NCBI GenBank assembly: GCA_022820825.1
Contig: JAJEEU010000080.1
Coordinates: 9,211-73,210, forward strand
DNA from: Vicinamibacteria bacterium
GTDB lineage: Bacteria > Acidobacteriota > Vicinamibacteria > Vicinamibacterales > UBA8438
Direction of reading: 5' to 3'
Length of the DNA: 64,000 nucleotides
Of this stretch, positions 28,273 through 39,778 are shown one piece after another. The translations under genes and the position numbers were made by a program. Every line of letters starts with the position of its first letter. Position 1 is the first letter of the stretch. The notes under the pieces were generated by a model, which saw only the letters and a program-made list of their open reading frames with translations, did not search any database and was not told the origin of the DNA.

Positions 28273-30536
28273 CGGAAAGCCGTGCCGGGCGTGGTCCCGG
28301 CGATGAACGCTTCCTGAATCGCTCCGCGGGTCCACGGCTCGGTGACACGGCCGGTCTGCGGGTCTACCGAGGCGAAGACGATATTCGAGGGCGGGACGAA
28401 CCCGGCGGGCGACTGCCCGCGCCGCTGATCGATGTGCGCCTGCATGAAGTCGCGCCAGATGGGCAGCGCGACGCGGGCGCCTTCCTCGCCGTGGCCCAGC
28501 GTGCGCTTCTCATCGTGGCCGACCCACACGCCCACGGTAATCTCCGGGTCGAAGCCGACGAACCACGCGTCGGTGTACTCGTCCATGGTGCCCGTCTTGC
28601 CGCCCACCGGCCACTCGAGGCGCCGCGCGCCCCTGCCGGTGCCGCGTTCGACGACGCCGCGCATCAGTGAAACCATGATGTAGGCGGTGTCGGCGCGGAT
28701 GGCGTCGCGCGGGACCGGCCGGTTCTCCTCCAGCACGGCGCCTTCGCGGTCGACGATCCGCTCGATCTGGTACGGCACCATCCGCACGCCGCCGTTGGGG
28801 AAGGCGGAGTACGCGCTCGTCACCTCCTGCAGCGTCGCTTCCGCCGCGCCCAGAGCGACCGACAGGTACGGCGGGATCGGTGAGGTGAAGCCGAGCCGGC
28901 GGGCGAAGTCGACGACCACCTCGGGCCCCACCGCGTTCATCAGCCACACAGAGGGGACGTTGCGTGAGCGCTCGAGCGCGTACCGCAGCGTGATCGGTCC
29001 CTTGTATTCGTTGTCGTAGTTGGTCGGCCGGTACCGAGGCTGGTTCGGACCGACCTCGTAGCTGACCGGCTCGTCCTGCACGATCGACGTGGTCGTGTAG
29101 CCCTGGTCGATGGCGGCCGCGAACAGCACGCCCTTGAACAGCGAGCCGAGCTGCCGGTACGCCTGTGTGGCCCGGTTGAACTTGCTGCGGTCGAAGCTGT
29201 AGCCGCCCACCATGGCGAGCACCCGGCCGCTGCGGTTGTCGATGGCGATGAGCGACGCTTCGGTCTCCGGCTCCTGCTCGAGCGTCACGCCGGCAGCGCC
29301 GCTCTCGCGGTCCAGTTGCGCGATGCGGATCTCGATCAGGTCGCCGGCCTTGACCAGCGCCGGCGGCGAACGGCGGGTCCACGCGTAGCCGTCCGGTCCG
29401 ATGCTCGCGGTGTAGGCGCCGAAACGTACCCCGATGGCGTTGCTGTCGACTCCCGTCACGACCGCCGGCACGATGTCGCCGGCGTCCATGGACAGCCGCC
29501 AGCGGGCATGCTCGAACTCGTCGATGCGACCGCCTGCGGCAAGAACGTTGCGCGCCGCCGGCCGGAAGCCGTGGCGCTTGTCGAGCCGCCTGAGGCCTTC
29601 CGCGACCGCCCGGTTCGCCGCTCGCTGCAGTCCGGCGTCGAGCGTGGTCTGGACGACCAGGCCGTCCTCGTAGAGGCGCTGTGCCCCGTACTCGGCCTCC
29701 AGGTGCTGCCGCACCTCCTCGATGAAGTACGGCGCGATCGAGTTGGCGCGCTCGACGCGCGGCGCCAGGCGGATCGGCAGGCGGCTCGCCTCGTCGGCCT
29801 CATCCTGCGTGATGTAGCCTTCTTCGGCCATGCGCCTGAGCGTGTAGTTGCGCCGCACGAGGGCCTGCTCCGGGTTCACCAGCGGACTGTGGCGCGAAGG
29901 CGACTGGAGGATGCCGGCAATCAGCGCCGCCTCCTCGAGCTCCAGGTCTCCCACGGGCTTGCCGAAGTAGAGCCGGGACGCCGCCTCGAGGCCGTGGGCG
30001 GCGTGGGCCGCCGTCCCCATCCATATCTGGTTGCAGTAGAGCGTGAAGATCTCCCGCTTCGTGTACCGCTTCTCGATGTGAATCGTGTAGTACGCCTCGA
30101 GCAGCTTGCGCTGCCAGGTCTTCTCCAGGCCGAGCTGCTGCCCTCCCAGCGTGATGTTCCGGGCGAGCTGCATGGTCAGGGTGCTGGCGCCGGCTGCGGT
30201 CAGGTCGCCCGAGAGGACGTTGGTGACGAGCGTGACGAGCAGGCGCGGGACGTTGAACCCGACGTGATCGAAGAAGTCGGCGTCCTCCGCCGCCACGACC
30301 GCGTGACGCAACACCTCGGGGATGTCGTCGTATTCCACGATGACGCGGCGCTGCGTGGCGAATTCCCCGATCAGCTCGCCGTTGCGGTCGTTGACGCGGG
30401 TAATGGTCTCGGGGGCGTAGTCGTCCAGCTCGGTGATGATCGGCAGGTCGGACGCATAGGCGAACAGGACTCCGCTCGCCGCGCCCAGCACCGCCCCGAG
30501 CACGACGACGCCGATGATCAACGGATGCCGGAGCAT
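28269..30536 (-). CDS. mrcA: class A penicillin-binding protein 1A
   Basis: AAEDADFFDH, GASTLTMQL, RKLLE (transglycosylase); SLFK, SRN, KTG (transpeptidase). Confidence 0.93.
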   Translation of the reverse strand: MLRHPLIIGVVVLGAVLGAASGVLFAYASDLPIITELDDYAPETITRVNDRNGELIGEFATQRRVIVEYDDIPEVLRHAVVAAEDADFFDHVGFNVPRLLVTLVTNVLSGDLTAAGASTLTMQLARNITLGGQQLGLEKTWQRKLLEAYYTIHIEKRYTKREIFTLYCNQIWMGTAAHAAHGLEAASRLYFGKPVGDLELEEAALIAGILQSPSRHSPLVNPEQALVRRNYTLRRMAEEGYITQDEADEASRLPIRLAPRVERANSIAPYFIEEVRQHLEAEYGAQRLYEDGLVVQTTLDAGLQRAANRAVAEGLRRLDKRHGFRPAARNVLAAGGRIDEFEHARWRLSMDAGDIVPAVVTGVDSNAIGVRFGAYTASIGPDGYAWTRRSPPALVKAGDLIEIRIAQLDRESGAAGVTLEQEPETEASLIAIDNRSGRVLAMVGGYSFDRSKFNRATQAYRQLGSLFKGVLFAAAIDQGYTTTSIVQDEPVSYEVGPNQPRYRPTNYDNEYKGPITLRYALERSRNVPSVWLMNAVGPEVVVDFARRLGFTSPIPPYLSVALGAAEATLQEVTSAYSAFPNGGVRMVPYQIERIVDREGAVLEENRPVPRDAIRADTAYIMVSLMRGVVERGTGRGARRLEWPVGGKTGTMDEYTDAWFVGFDPEITVGVWVGHDEKRTLGHGEEGARVALPIWRDFMQAHIDQRRGQSPAGFVPPSNIVFASVDPQTGRVTEPWTRGAIQEAFIAGTTPGTAFR

Positions 30537-30544
30537 TATTTACT

Positions 30545-30666
30545 TGGGGCTTACGCCCCAAACCCCCGCCGGCCACTCGCGGGGACCCCTGCGCCCCACT
30601 CCGTGGCCGGCGGGCCGCGCTGTGCGCGGCCTGGGGACGGCCGCCTTCCATGCTCGCCGTCCCCTC
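30545..30666 (-). repeat. ~120-nt multi-hairpin element, copy 1 (PBP1A leader)
   Basis: diverged inverted copy of 30923-31042 with compensatory base changes. Confidence 0.9.
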
Positions 30667-30831
30667 TATCGATCAACCGCCAGGGCACGCGTTGCACCCG
30701 GAGCGCCGCGCCTGCCGGGCCGCGGGCGACACGTGCTTGTCTAGTGTATCGGAAGCTGGAAGGGTGAGCATGATCATGCACCCGCGACCCGTGGGTTCGC
30801 CCCCGGACCCTTCCAACCGGCTGATAGCATG

Positions 30832-30861
30832 ATTGACATGAATAAACTCATATTTTATACT
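30832..30861 (+). promoter_or_regulatory. sigma70 dnaK promoter overlapped by a HAIR-like HspR operator
   Basis: TTGACA(30833)-17 nt-TATACT(30856); ATTGACA-N7-ACTCATA versus HAIR consensus CTTGAGT-N7-ACTCAAG. Confidence 0.7.
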
Positions 30862-30887
30862 CGCGGCTACATTAGGTTGTGACTCCG

Positions 30888-30919
30888 CACGTAGCGGTGG
30901 AATCACGTAACGGTGGAAT
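30888..30919 (+). repeat. 16-bp tandem duplication CACGTARCGGTGGAAT x2
   Basis: two adjacent copies, one mismatch. Confidence 0.85.
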
Positions 30920-30922
30920 ACG

Positions 30923-31042
30923 GAGGGGACGGCGAGCCGCAGGGCGGCCGTCCCCAAGCCGCGCACGGCGCGGCTCGGCAGGCGCGGCGCGGGGCTACGG
31001 GGTCCCCGCTAGCGCCTGCCGGGGGTTTGGGGCGCAGCCCCA
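30923..31042 (+). repeat. ~120-nt multi-hairpin element, copy 2 (dnaK leader)
   Basis: diverged inverted copy of 30545-30666. Confidence 0.9.
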
Positions 31043-31061
31043 TCTAACGAGGTAACGCGTA

Positions 31062-32975
<1,914 letters not shown>

Positions 32976-32978
32976 GCG

Positions 32979-34058
32979 ATGGACTTCTACGTCATTCTGG
33001 GGGTCGAGCGCGGCGCGTCCGGCACGGAAGTGGAGCGTGCGTACACGCGGTTGGCGCGGCGCTATCACCCGGACATAAATCCCGGGGACAGCGAGGCGGC
33101 CGCGTTCTTCCGGCGAGTGACGGACGCGTACCAAACGCTGCGCAACCCGGAGCGCCGGCGGGCGTACGACGAGCAGGGCGAGCCGCGCACGACGGTGCGC
33201 CGCACTTCGGTCGAATTTCGCGGATTCGACTTCTCGACGCCCGTCTCCGGGGCATCGGCGACGTTCGGCGAGCTGTTCTCCGAGCTGCTCCCGGATGCGT
33301 CCGGGAGCGGTGCGCCCGAGGCCGGCGGTGACCTGCACGGTGAGATAACGCTGTCTTTCGAGGAGTCGCTGCGCGGCGCCGTGCGGCAACTGACGGTCAC
33401 GCGGCTCGATGCCTGCGCCGCGTGCGGGGGTAGCGGCGTTCGGCGCGCTGCCGAGCGCGGATGCGCCGCGTGCCAGGGCAGCGGCGCGACGCAGTGGCGG
33501 CGCGGCCACATGGTGTTCTCGAAGGCATGTGCGGCGTGCGGCGGCTCCGGTCGGCAGCGGCAGCGTCCCTGCACCGCCTGCCGGGCCGAGGGAACGGCGG
33601 CCGTTACGGAGCAGATCAGGGTGCAGGTGCCCGCCGGCGTTGCGGACGGCTCCCGCCTGCGCGTTCCGGGGAAGGGCAACGCGGCGCCGCGCGGCGGCCC
33701 GGCGGGCGATCTGTATATCACCGCCGCCGTCGAGCCGCATCGGTTGTTCAGGCGGGACGGCGACGACCTGCTCCTGGAGGTTCCCGTCGACGTGCACGAA
33801 GCGGCGCTCGGCGCGGATATCCGCATTCCGACGATTGACGGCTCGACCACGCTGCGGGTGCCGGCCGGCACACAGTCCGGCGCCCGCCTGCGCCTGCCGG
33901 CGCTCGGCGTCCCGGCGCGGGACGGCGCGCGCGGCGACCTGGTCGCGGAGGTGCGCATCGTGGTGCCGCGGCCGGAGGACGAACGGTCCAGGGATCTGCT
34001 CCGGGAGTTCGGCCGCATCAACCCGGCCGGCAGCCGGCAGCATCTGTTCACCGAGTGA
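32979..34058 (+). CDS. dnaJ: molecular chaperone DnaJ
   Basis: J domain with HPD, four CxxCxxxG zinc-finger repeats, C-terminal domain. Confidence 0.93.
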   Translation: MDFYVILGVERGASGTEVERAYTRLARRYHPDINPGDSEAAAFFRRVTDAYQTLRNPERRRAYDEQGEPRTTVRRTSVEFRGFDFSTPVSGASATFGELFSELLPDASGSGAPEAGGDLHGEITLSFEESLRGAVRQLTVTRLDACAACGGSGVRRAAERGCAACQGSGATQWRRGHMVFSKACAACGGSGRQRQRPCTACRAEGTAAVTEQIRVQVPAGVADGSRLRVPGKGNAAPRGGPAGDLYITAAVEPHRLFRRDGDDLLLEVPVDVHEAALGADIRIPTIDGSTTLRVPAGTQSGARLRLPALGVPARDGARGDLVAEVRIVVPRPEDERSRDLLREFGRINPAGSRQHLFTE

Positions 34059-34063
34059 CAATC

Positions 34064-34513
<450 letters not shown>

Positions 34514-34549
34514 GCATTCCGAGGTGCCCGCCGGGTTATGCTTGGCGCC

Positions 34550-35383
34550 ATGGAATGTGCCGAGTGCGGCGGCACCGGCTGGCGGCAGCGCGGCGACGAC
34601 GGCCAGCGGCGCGTGGAGCGCTGCGGCTGCTGGCGCCGGCAGATGGAGCAGACGCTGCTCGCCGAGGCCGGCATCCCGCCCCGCTACCAGAAGTGCAGCT
34701 TCTCGTCGTTCATAACCTATCCGAACGAGAAACTGCGACGCGTTCTGGCAAAGGCGCGTGAGTTCGCCGCGGACTTCCCGGTCGTCGAGAAGGGCCTGTT
34801 GCTGATCGGCCGCCCCGGCATCGGCAAGACCCATCTGGCCGTGGCCACGCTGCGCGAGGTGGTGATCGGCAAGGGTGCGCGAGCGTTGTACTTCGACACG
34901 CGGACGCTGCTCAGCACCATCCGCAGCACGTTCAATCCGGTCACGCGCACCTCCGAGGCGGACGTGCTCGGGCGCGTGATGGCGGCGGAGCTGCTGGTGC
35001 TGGACGACCTCGGCGCCGAACGCACTACCGACTGGGTCGCGGACACCATGAACCTCATCGTCAACACGCGCTACAACGATCGGCGGCCCACCATCTTCAC
35101 CTCCAACTACGAGGACACCGACGACGAGAGCGATCTCGATTCGCTGCGCGTGCGCGTCGGTTTCCGCATGCACTCGCGCCTGCGCGAAATGTGCGAGTTC
35201 CTCCAATATGACGGACCGGACTTTCGCGAGTTCGACTTCAGGCCGGGGGCCGACGATCTGCTGCAGCGCTGGCGCGGCCAGCCCCGCGGCAAGCTGCCGC
35301 GGCGTACCCGGGCGCCGGCCCGCGCGCAGTTGCAGGACGGCCGGCTGGAGCTGCCCTGGGAGGGCGGCAAGGCCGGCGGCTGA
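34550..35383 (+). CDS. DnaC/DnaI/IstB-like AAA+ ATPase with N-terminal CxxC...CxC
   Basis: GRPGIGKTHL Walker A, LLVLDDLG Walker B, NTRY...PTIFTSN, SRL.EM. Confidence 0.88.
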   Translation: MECAECGGTGWRQRGDDGQRRVERCGCWRRQMEQTLLAEAGIPPRYQKCSFSSFITYPNEKLRRVLAKAREFAADFPVVEKGLLLIGRPGIGKTHLAVATLREVVIGKGARALYFDTRTLLSTIRSTFNPVTRTSEADVLGRVMAAELLVLDDLGAERTTDWVADTMNLIVNTRYNDRRPTIFTSNYEDTDDESDLDSLRVRVGFRMHSRLREMCEFLQYDGPDFREFDFRPGADDLLQRWRGQPRGKLPRRTRAPARAQLQDGRLELPWEGGKAGG

Positions 35384-35389
35384 CGGCCC

Positions 35390-36523
35390 GTGGAGCACCG
35401 CGACGTTCCTCTCGGCCTGTACCTGCACGTCCCGTTCTGCACGTCGATCTGCAACTACTGCAACTTCAACCGCGGCCTGATGGATGCGCCGCTCAAGGCG
35501 GCATACGTGCGCGCGCTGGCGGGCGAGGTGCGCAGTGCGGGCGACGGTGCGCCGGCCGACACGGTCTACTTCGGCGGAGGGACGCCGTCGCTGCTGGAAG
35601 CGGACGAGGTCGCGGTGCTGCTGGCGGCCTGCCGGGAAGCGTTCGACCTGGCGCCCGGTGCGGAGGTGACGCTGGAAGCGAATCCGGAGACGGTCGACGC
35701 GGCGGCGCTCCGCGGCTGGATGGACGCCGGCGTGACTCGTATCAGCCTGGGCGTGCAGTCGTTGCTGGACGAGGAACTGGCGCGGCTGGGACGCCGCCAT
35801 TCCGCCGCGCGCGCGAAGGAGGCCGTCGGGCTGGCGCGGGCGGCCGGTTGCGACGTCAGTGCGGACCTGATGCTCTGGTTGCCCGCGCAGTCGCGCGCGG
35901 ACTGCGCCGCGTCGATCGGCGCGCTTCTCGATCTCGGTCCGGCGCACGTGTCGTTCTACCTGCTGGAGCTGTATCCGAACGCGCCGTTGCGGGAAGAGAT
36001 GGCGCGGGCGGGCTGGTCGCTGGCGCCGGACGACGATGCCGCCGCCATGTATCTCGAGACGCTGGAGCGGACCGACGCGGCCGGGTACGAGCAATACGAA
36101 ATCTCGAACGTTGCGCGCCCGGGGAAGCGCTGCCGGCACAACCTGAAGTACTGGCAGGACGGCGCGTGGCTCGGATTCGGCTGCGGCGCGCATTCGACGC
36201 GCGCGGGATGCCGCTGGCGGAACGTTGCGGAAACCGGGCGCTACGTCGACATGGTCGGGCGCGGGCTGCCGCCCGTCGCGGAGCGCCGGCGGCTGACGCA
36301 CGAGGAGCAGCTCGGCGATGCGCTGTTCACCGGCCTGCGGCTGGTCGACGGGATAGATCTGGAGCAGGTCCGGCAGCGCTACGGCGTGGACGTCATGGCC
36401 CGCCACGGCGCGGCGCTGGCCCGGTTTCTGGAGGGCGGATGGCTCGTGCTGCAGGCCGGCCGACTGAGGCTGACCCGGCGGGGCATGCTGCTGGCAAACG
36501 AGGTCATGGGCACTTTCGTCTAG
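35390..36523 (+). CDS. hemW: radical SAM heme chaperone HemW
   Basis: LYLHVPFC..ICNYCNF, FGGGTPS, EANP, YEISN, HN..YW. Confidence 0.92.
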   Translation: MEHRDVPLGLYLHVPFCTSICNYCNFNRGLMDAPLKAAYVRALAGEVRSAGDGAPADTVYFGGGTPSLLEADEVAVLLAACREAFDLAPGAEVTLEANPETVDAAALRGWMDAGVTRISLGVQSLLDEELARLGRRHSAARAKEAVGLARAAGCDVSADLMLWLPAQSRADCAASIGALLDLGPAHVSFYLLELYPNAPLREEMARAGWSLAPDDDAAAMYLETLERTDAAGYEQYEISNVARPGKRCRHNLKYWQDGAWLGFGCGAHSTRAGCRWRNVAETGRYVDMVGRGLPPVAERRRLTHEEQLGDALFTGLRLVDGIDLEQVRQRYGVDVMARHGAALARFLEGGWLVLQAGRLRLTRRGMLLANEVMGTFV

Positions 36524-36574
36524 GCAGTCGGTACGCTAAAGTAACCGCTCGTACCAACAAGGAGGCTTCCACAG

Positions 36575-37066
36575 ATGCGCTGGTTCGATATTCTGATGCC
36601 GTCACGCCGGCAGGTATTCACAGGCTGCGCGCTCGTCGCCGCGTTGTTGACGGGGGTCCTGCTCGGCATGACGCTGACCGCACCCGCAGCCGAGGCGCAG
36701 GCAACCCGCACGTTCAGCGGTGACGCCGCACTCATGTTCCATTTCGTGAAGCCTTCCGAGTCCTCGGCGTTCGAAGGCGTGATGGAAAGGGTCGACGCGG
36801 CGCTCGATTCCGGCCGCCAGTCGCAGTCGCGCGGGTGGAAGGTGTACAGGGCCGACAACGACATCACGGGCGGCGGCAACGTGATGTACGTCTGGACGAT
36901 CGACCCGGTCGCGTCCGGCGCCGACTACGCGGTGTCGACCATCCTCAACGAAGCGCTGCCCGAGGAAGTGCAGTCGCTCTACGAGGCGTACAACGGTTCG
37001 TACACGGATGCGCAGCTCAAGCAGCTGATCCTGAACCTCGATCTCGTTCGGGATTTCGGAGGCTGA
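36575..37066 (+). CDS. secreted hypothetical protein
   Basis: SD AAGGAGG; signal peptide; paralogous to the next gene (GW..Y, YVW.IDP...GADYAV). Confidence 0.8.
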   Translation: MRWFDILMPSRRQVFTGCALVAALLTGVLLGMTLTAPAAEAQATRTFSGDAALMFHFVKPSESSAFEGVMERVDAALDSGRQSQSRGWKVYRADNDITGGGNVMYVWTIDPVASGADYAVSTILNEALPEEVQSLYEAYNGSYTDAQLKQLILNLDLVRDFGG

Positions 37067-37144
37067 GTGGCTCGCGGCCGGCCGGCCGCGCACAGCAGCC
37101 TGGACCCACCGGTGTCGGCGGACAGTCTGGCAGGTTGCCAGATC

Positions 37145-37906
37145 ATGCGGATCGGGGCGGTCGGCGCTACAGTCGTCCGGGGCGTGCTGGCAGCACTCCT
37201 GCTGACTGCCGTTCCGCTTGCCGTGCCCGGCCCGGTGCTGCTCCACGCGTCCCAGCCTCAGCAACAACCGCCCGCCGAGCCGCCGGAGGAGCAACCCGCC
37301 GACGCGCTGGACGAGGAAACTGCTCTGGCGGGCGAGCCCGCGGAGCCGGAAGCAGCGCAAGAGGCCGCTGATCCCGCGGCCGACGCCGAGCAGCCGGACG
37401 CGGAACAGCCCGCCGACGCGCTGGACGAGGAAACCGCTCTGGCGGACGAGCCCGCGGAGCCGGAAGCGGCGCAAGAGGCCGCTGATCCCGCGGCCGACGC
37501 CGAGCAGCCGGACGCGGAGGAGGCCGAACCGCCGGCCGGGACGTTCGAGGCGCCGGCGGGCCTGATCCTCAGCTACATCAAGAGCGACGGCAGCGGCGAC
37601 TTCGAGCGCGTGATGACCAGCCTCGGCGCGGCGCTCGCGGGCAGCGAGGACGAGGCGCTTCGTGATTTGCTGGCCGGCTGGCGGCTGTACAGGGCGCGGG
37701 AGCCGGGCCCCGAGGGAGAGATCCTCTACGTGTGGTTGATCGATCCGGCCGTGGCGGGCGCCGACTACGCGGTGCCCGAGTTGCTGGGCGCGGCGCTTCC
37801 GGACGAGTCGCAGGCGCTGTTCGACGCTTTCAGCGAGGCCTTCGGATCAGGCCAGGCGCTCATCAACCTGGAGCCGGTCGACATCGGCGCGGCGGGCCCC
37901 GAGTAA
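37145..37906 (+). CDS. secreted hypothetical protein, paralog of the upstream gene, with an acidic repeat linker
   Basis: signal peptide; two 38-aa repeats; shared C-terminal domain. Confidence 0.75.
   Translation: MRIGAVGATVVRGVLAALLLTAVPLAVPGPVLLHASQPQQQPPAEPPEEQPADALDEETALAGEPAEPEAAQEAADPAADAEQPDAEQPADALDEETALADEPAEPEAAQEAADPAADAEQPDAEEAEPPAGTFEAPAGLILSYIKSDGSGDFERVMTSLGAALAGSEDEALRDLLAGWRLYRAREPGPEGEILYVWLIDPAVAGADYAVPELLGAALPDESQALFDAFSEAFGSGQALINLEPVDIGAAGPE
37295..37518 (+). repeat. two near-identical 114-bp-period direct repeats (in frame)
   Basis: copies start at 37295 and 37409, few substitutions. Confidence 0.92.
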
Positions 37907-37919
37907 GCCGCCGCAGCGG

Positions 37920-38402
37920 TCAGAACGCCAGGTTGGCCCCCATGTAGAACCGCTTGATCGGCTCGTCCACCATGCTGCCGCGCAGCGAGAACAGGCGGTA
38001 GTCCACTCGCAGTCCGATCGGTCCGAACACCGGAATCTTGACGCCGCCGCCCGTGTTGGTTCCCACGCCGCGATGCTGGTAGTCGGTGCTGGTCAGCCGC
38101 TCCTGGTACACGCCGCCGCCGGCCGTGGCGTAGAACCGCAGCCCGAGAATCGGGGGGGTCTGCACCAGGGCGTTGAACATCGCGGTGCGCATTTGCGGCG
38201 CGCCCGCCTCCATGTCCTCGCTGGTATCCGAGTATTCGAACTCGAGCCCGATGATCAGCAGCACGGCGTCCACGCCGACCCCCTTGACCGCCCGGCTCGA
38301 GGGGTTCGCGGTCTTGCCCGTGAACAGCACGACATCGGCCGCCGCCTCGCGAGCGGCCAGTACGAGCAACAGGACGATCAGCAGACATGTGGCGCGACGC
38401 AT
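37920..38402 (-). CDS. small outer-membrane beta-barrel protein
   Basis: signal peptide, amphipathic strands, terminal YMGANLAF beta-signal. Confidence 0.75.
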   Translation of the reverse strand: MRRATCLLIVLLLVLAAREAAADVVLFTGKTANPSSRAVKGVGVDAVLLIIGLEFEYSDTSEDMEAGAPQMRTAMFNALVQTPPILGLRFYATAGGGVYQERLTSTDYQHRGVGTNTGGGVKIPVFGPIGLRVDYRLFSLRGSMVDEPIKRFYMGANLAF

Positions 38403-38441
38403 CGCCTATCTTAACCTCGCATGATAGAGTCTGGGCGGTCC

Positions 38442-39371
38442 ATGGACCTCGCAGACCGCGTTCTGGCCGGCGACCAGCGCGCGATCGCGCGCGCCATCTC
38501 CCTTGTCGAGAACGAGCCGGACGCGGCGGCCGGGCTGCTGCGACACATGGCCGGCCGCATTGGCCATGCCCGCGTGATCGGCGTCACCGGCGCGCCCGGC
38601 GTCGGCAAGAGCACGCTGGTCGACAGGCTGGCGGCCGAATATCGCCGCATGGGCCGCACGGTCGGCATCCTGGCGATCGATCCGACGAGCCCGATCAGCG
38701 GCGGCGCCATCCTCGGAGACCGCGTCCGGATGCAACGCCACGTGTTCGACGAGGGAGTGTACGTCCGCAGCATGGCCACGCACGGCCGGCTGGGTGGGCT
38801 CTCTCACGCGACCAGCGACGCGGTGCTGATACTGGATGCGGCAGGCCGGGACGTAGTGTTGATTGAAACCGCCGGCGTGGGCCAGGCGGAGGTGGACATC
38901 GCACGCACGGCGGACGCCTCGATCGTGGTCACCATTCCTGACGCCGGCGACGGCGTGCAGGCGATGAAGGCCGGCATCATGGAGATCGGAGACGTATTCG
39001 TCGTGAACAAGCTGGATCGGCCGGGCGCGGAACGGGCGGCGGCCGAGATCGAGGAGATGCTGTCGTTGCGCGAGTACGGCGAGGGGACCTGGCGTCCGCC
39101 GGTGCTGAAGACGCGGGCGGCGACGGGTGAAGGCGTGGCTGCGGTGGTCGAAGCGGTGGAGCGTTTCGCCGGCCAGCCGGCCGAGACCCGCGAGCGGCGG
39201 CGCACCCGCGCACGGACGCGTCTCACGGACCTGCTGCGCCAGCAGTTCGTCGAGCGCCTCGAGCACAGCGAGGAGACGCGCAAGCTGCTCGACGAAGCGG
39301 TGGAACGGATGGCGGCCGGGGAGATCGATCCCTACGCTGCCGTTGCCGAAATCATGGAGCGCACATCATGA
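38442..39371 (+). CDS. meaB: acyl-CoA mutase GTPase chaperone MeaB
   Basis: GVTGAPGVGKST, DPTSP.SGGAILGDR.RM, ETAGVGQ, NKLD. Confidence 0.94.
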   Translation: MDLADRVLAGDQRAIARAISLVENEPDAAAGLLRHMAGRIGHARVIGVTGAPGVGKSTLVDRLAAEYRRMGRTVGILAIDPTSPISGGAILGDRVRMQRHVFDEGVYVRSMATHGRLGGLSHATSDAVLILDAAGRDVVLIETAGVGQAEVDIARTADASIVVTIPDAGDGVQAMKAGIMEIGDVFVVNKLDRPGAERAAAEIEEMLSLREYGEGTWRPPVLKTRAATGEGVAAVVEAVERFAGQPAETRERRRTRARTRLTDLLRQQFVERLEHSEETRKLLDEAVERMAAGEIDPYAAVAEIMERTS

Positions 39372-39778
39372 AGGCGGTGCTCGACCACGTCGGTATCGCG
39401 GTGGCGAGCCTCGAGGAGGCGGTCGCGTTCTACCGCGATGCGCTCGGGCTCGAAATCGAAGCCACCGAGGAGGTCGCGTCGCAAGGCGTGCGCGCGCACT
39501 TCGTGGGCGTTGGAGGGCCGGCGCTGGAACTGTTGGAGGCCACGAGCGACGCCTCCCCGATCGCGCGTTTCGTCGGCCGGCGGGGTCCCGGTCTGCACCA
39601 CATCACCCTGCGCGTGGACGATCTCGCAGCGGCGCTGGAGCGGCTGAAGGCGCGCGGGGTGCGGCTCATCGACGAGACCCCGCGCCCGGGCGCCGAAAAC
39701 GCGCTCGTGGCCTTCGTTCATCCGTCGAGCGCCCACGGCGTGCTGGTCGAGCTGCAGCAGAAGGAGCAGGATGCCTGA
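39368..39778 (+). CDS. mce: methylmalonyl-CoA epimerase
   Basis: DHVGIAV, ELLE, GPGLHHI, FVHP.S..GVLVE; next to meaB. Confidence 0.92.
   Translation: MKAVLDHVGIAVASLEEAVAFYRDALGLEIEATEEVASQGVRAHFVGVGGPALELLEATSDASPIARFVGRRGPGLHHITLRVDDLAAALERLKARGVRLIDETPRPGAENALVAFVHPSSAHGVLVELQQKEQDA

Noticed and set aside
30545-31042. the two 120-nt copies as terminal inverted repeats of a single ~500-bp MITE
   Set aside because: No flanking target duplication, the interior is the host dnaK promoter, and the differences preserve pairing within each copy rather than between copies.
34550-35383. IS21 IstB helper or prophage replication gene
   Set aside because: No IstA, inverted repeats or phage genes nearby; host-like composition and core-gene context.
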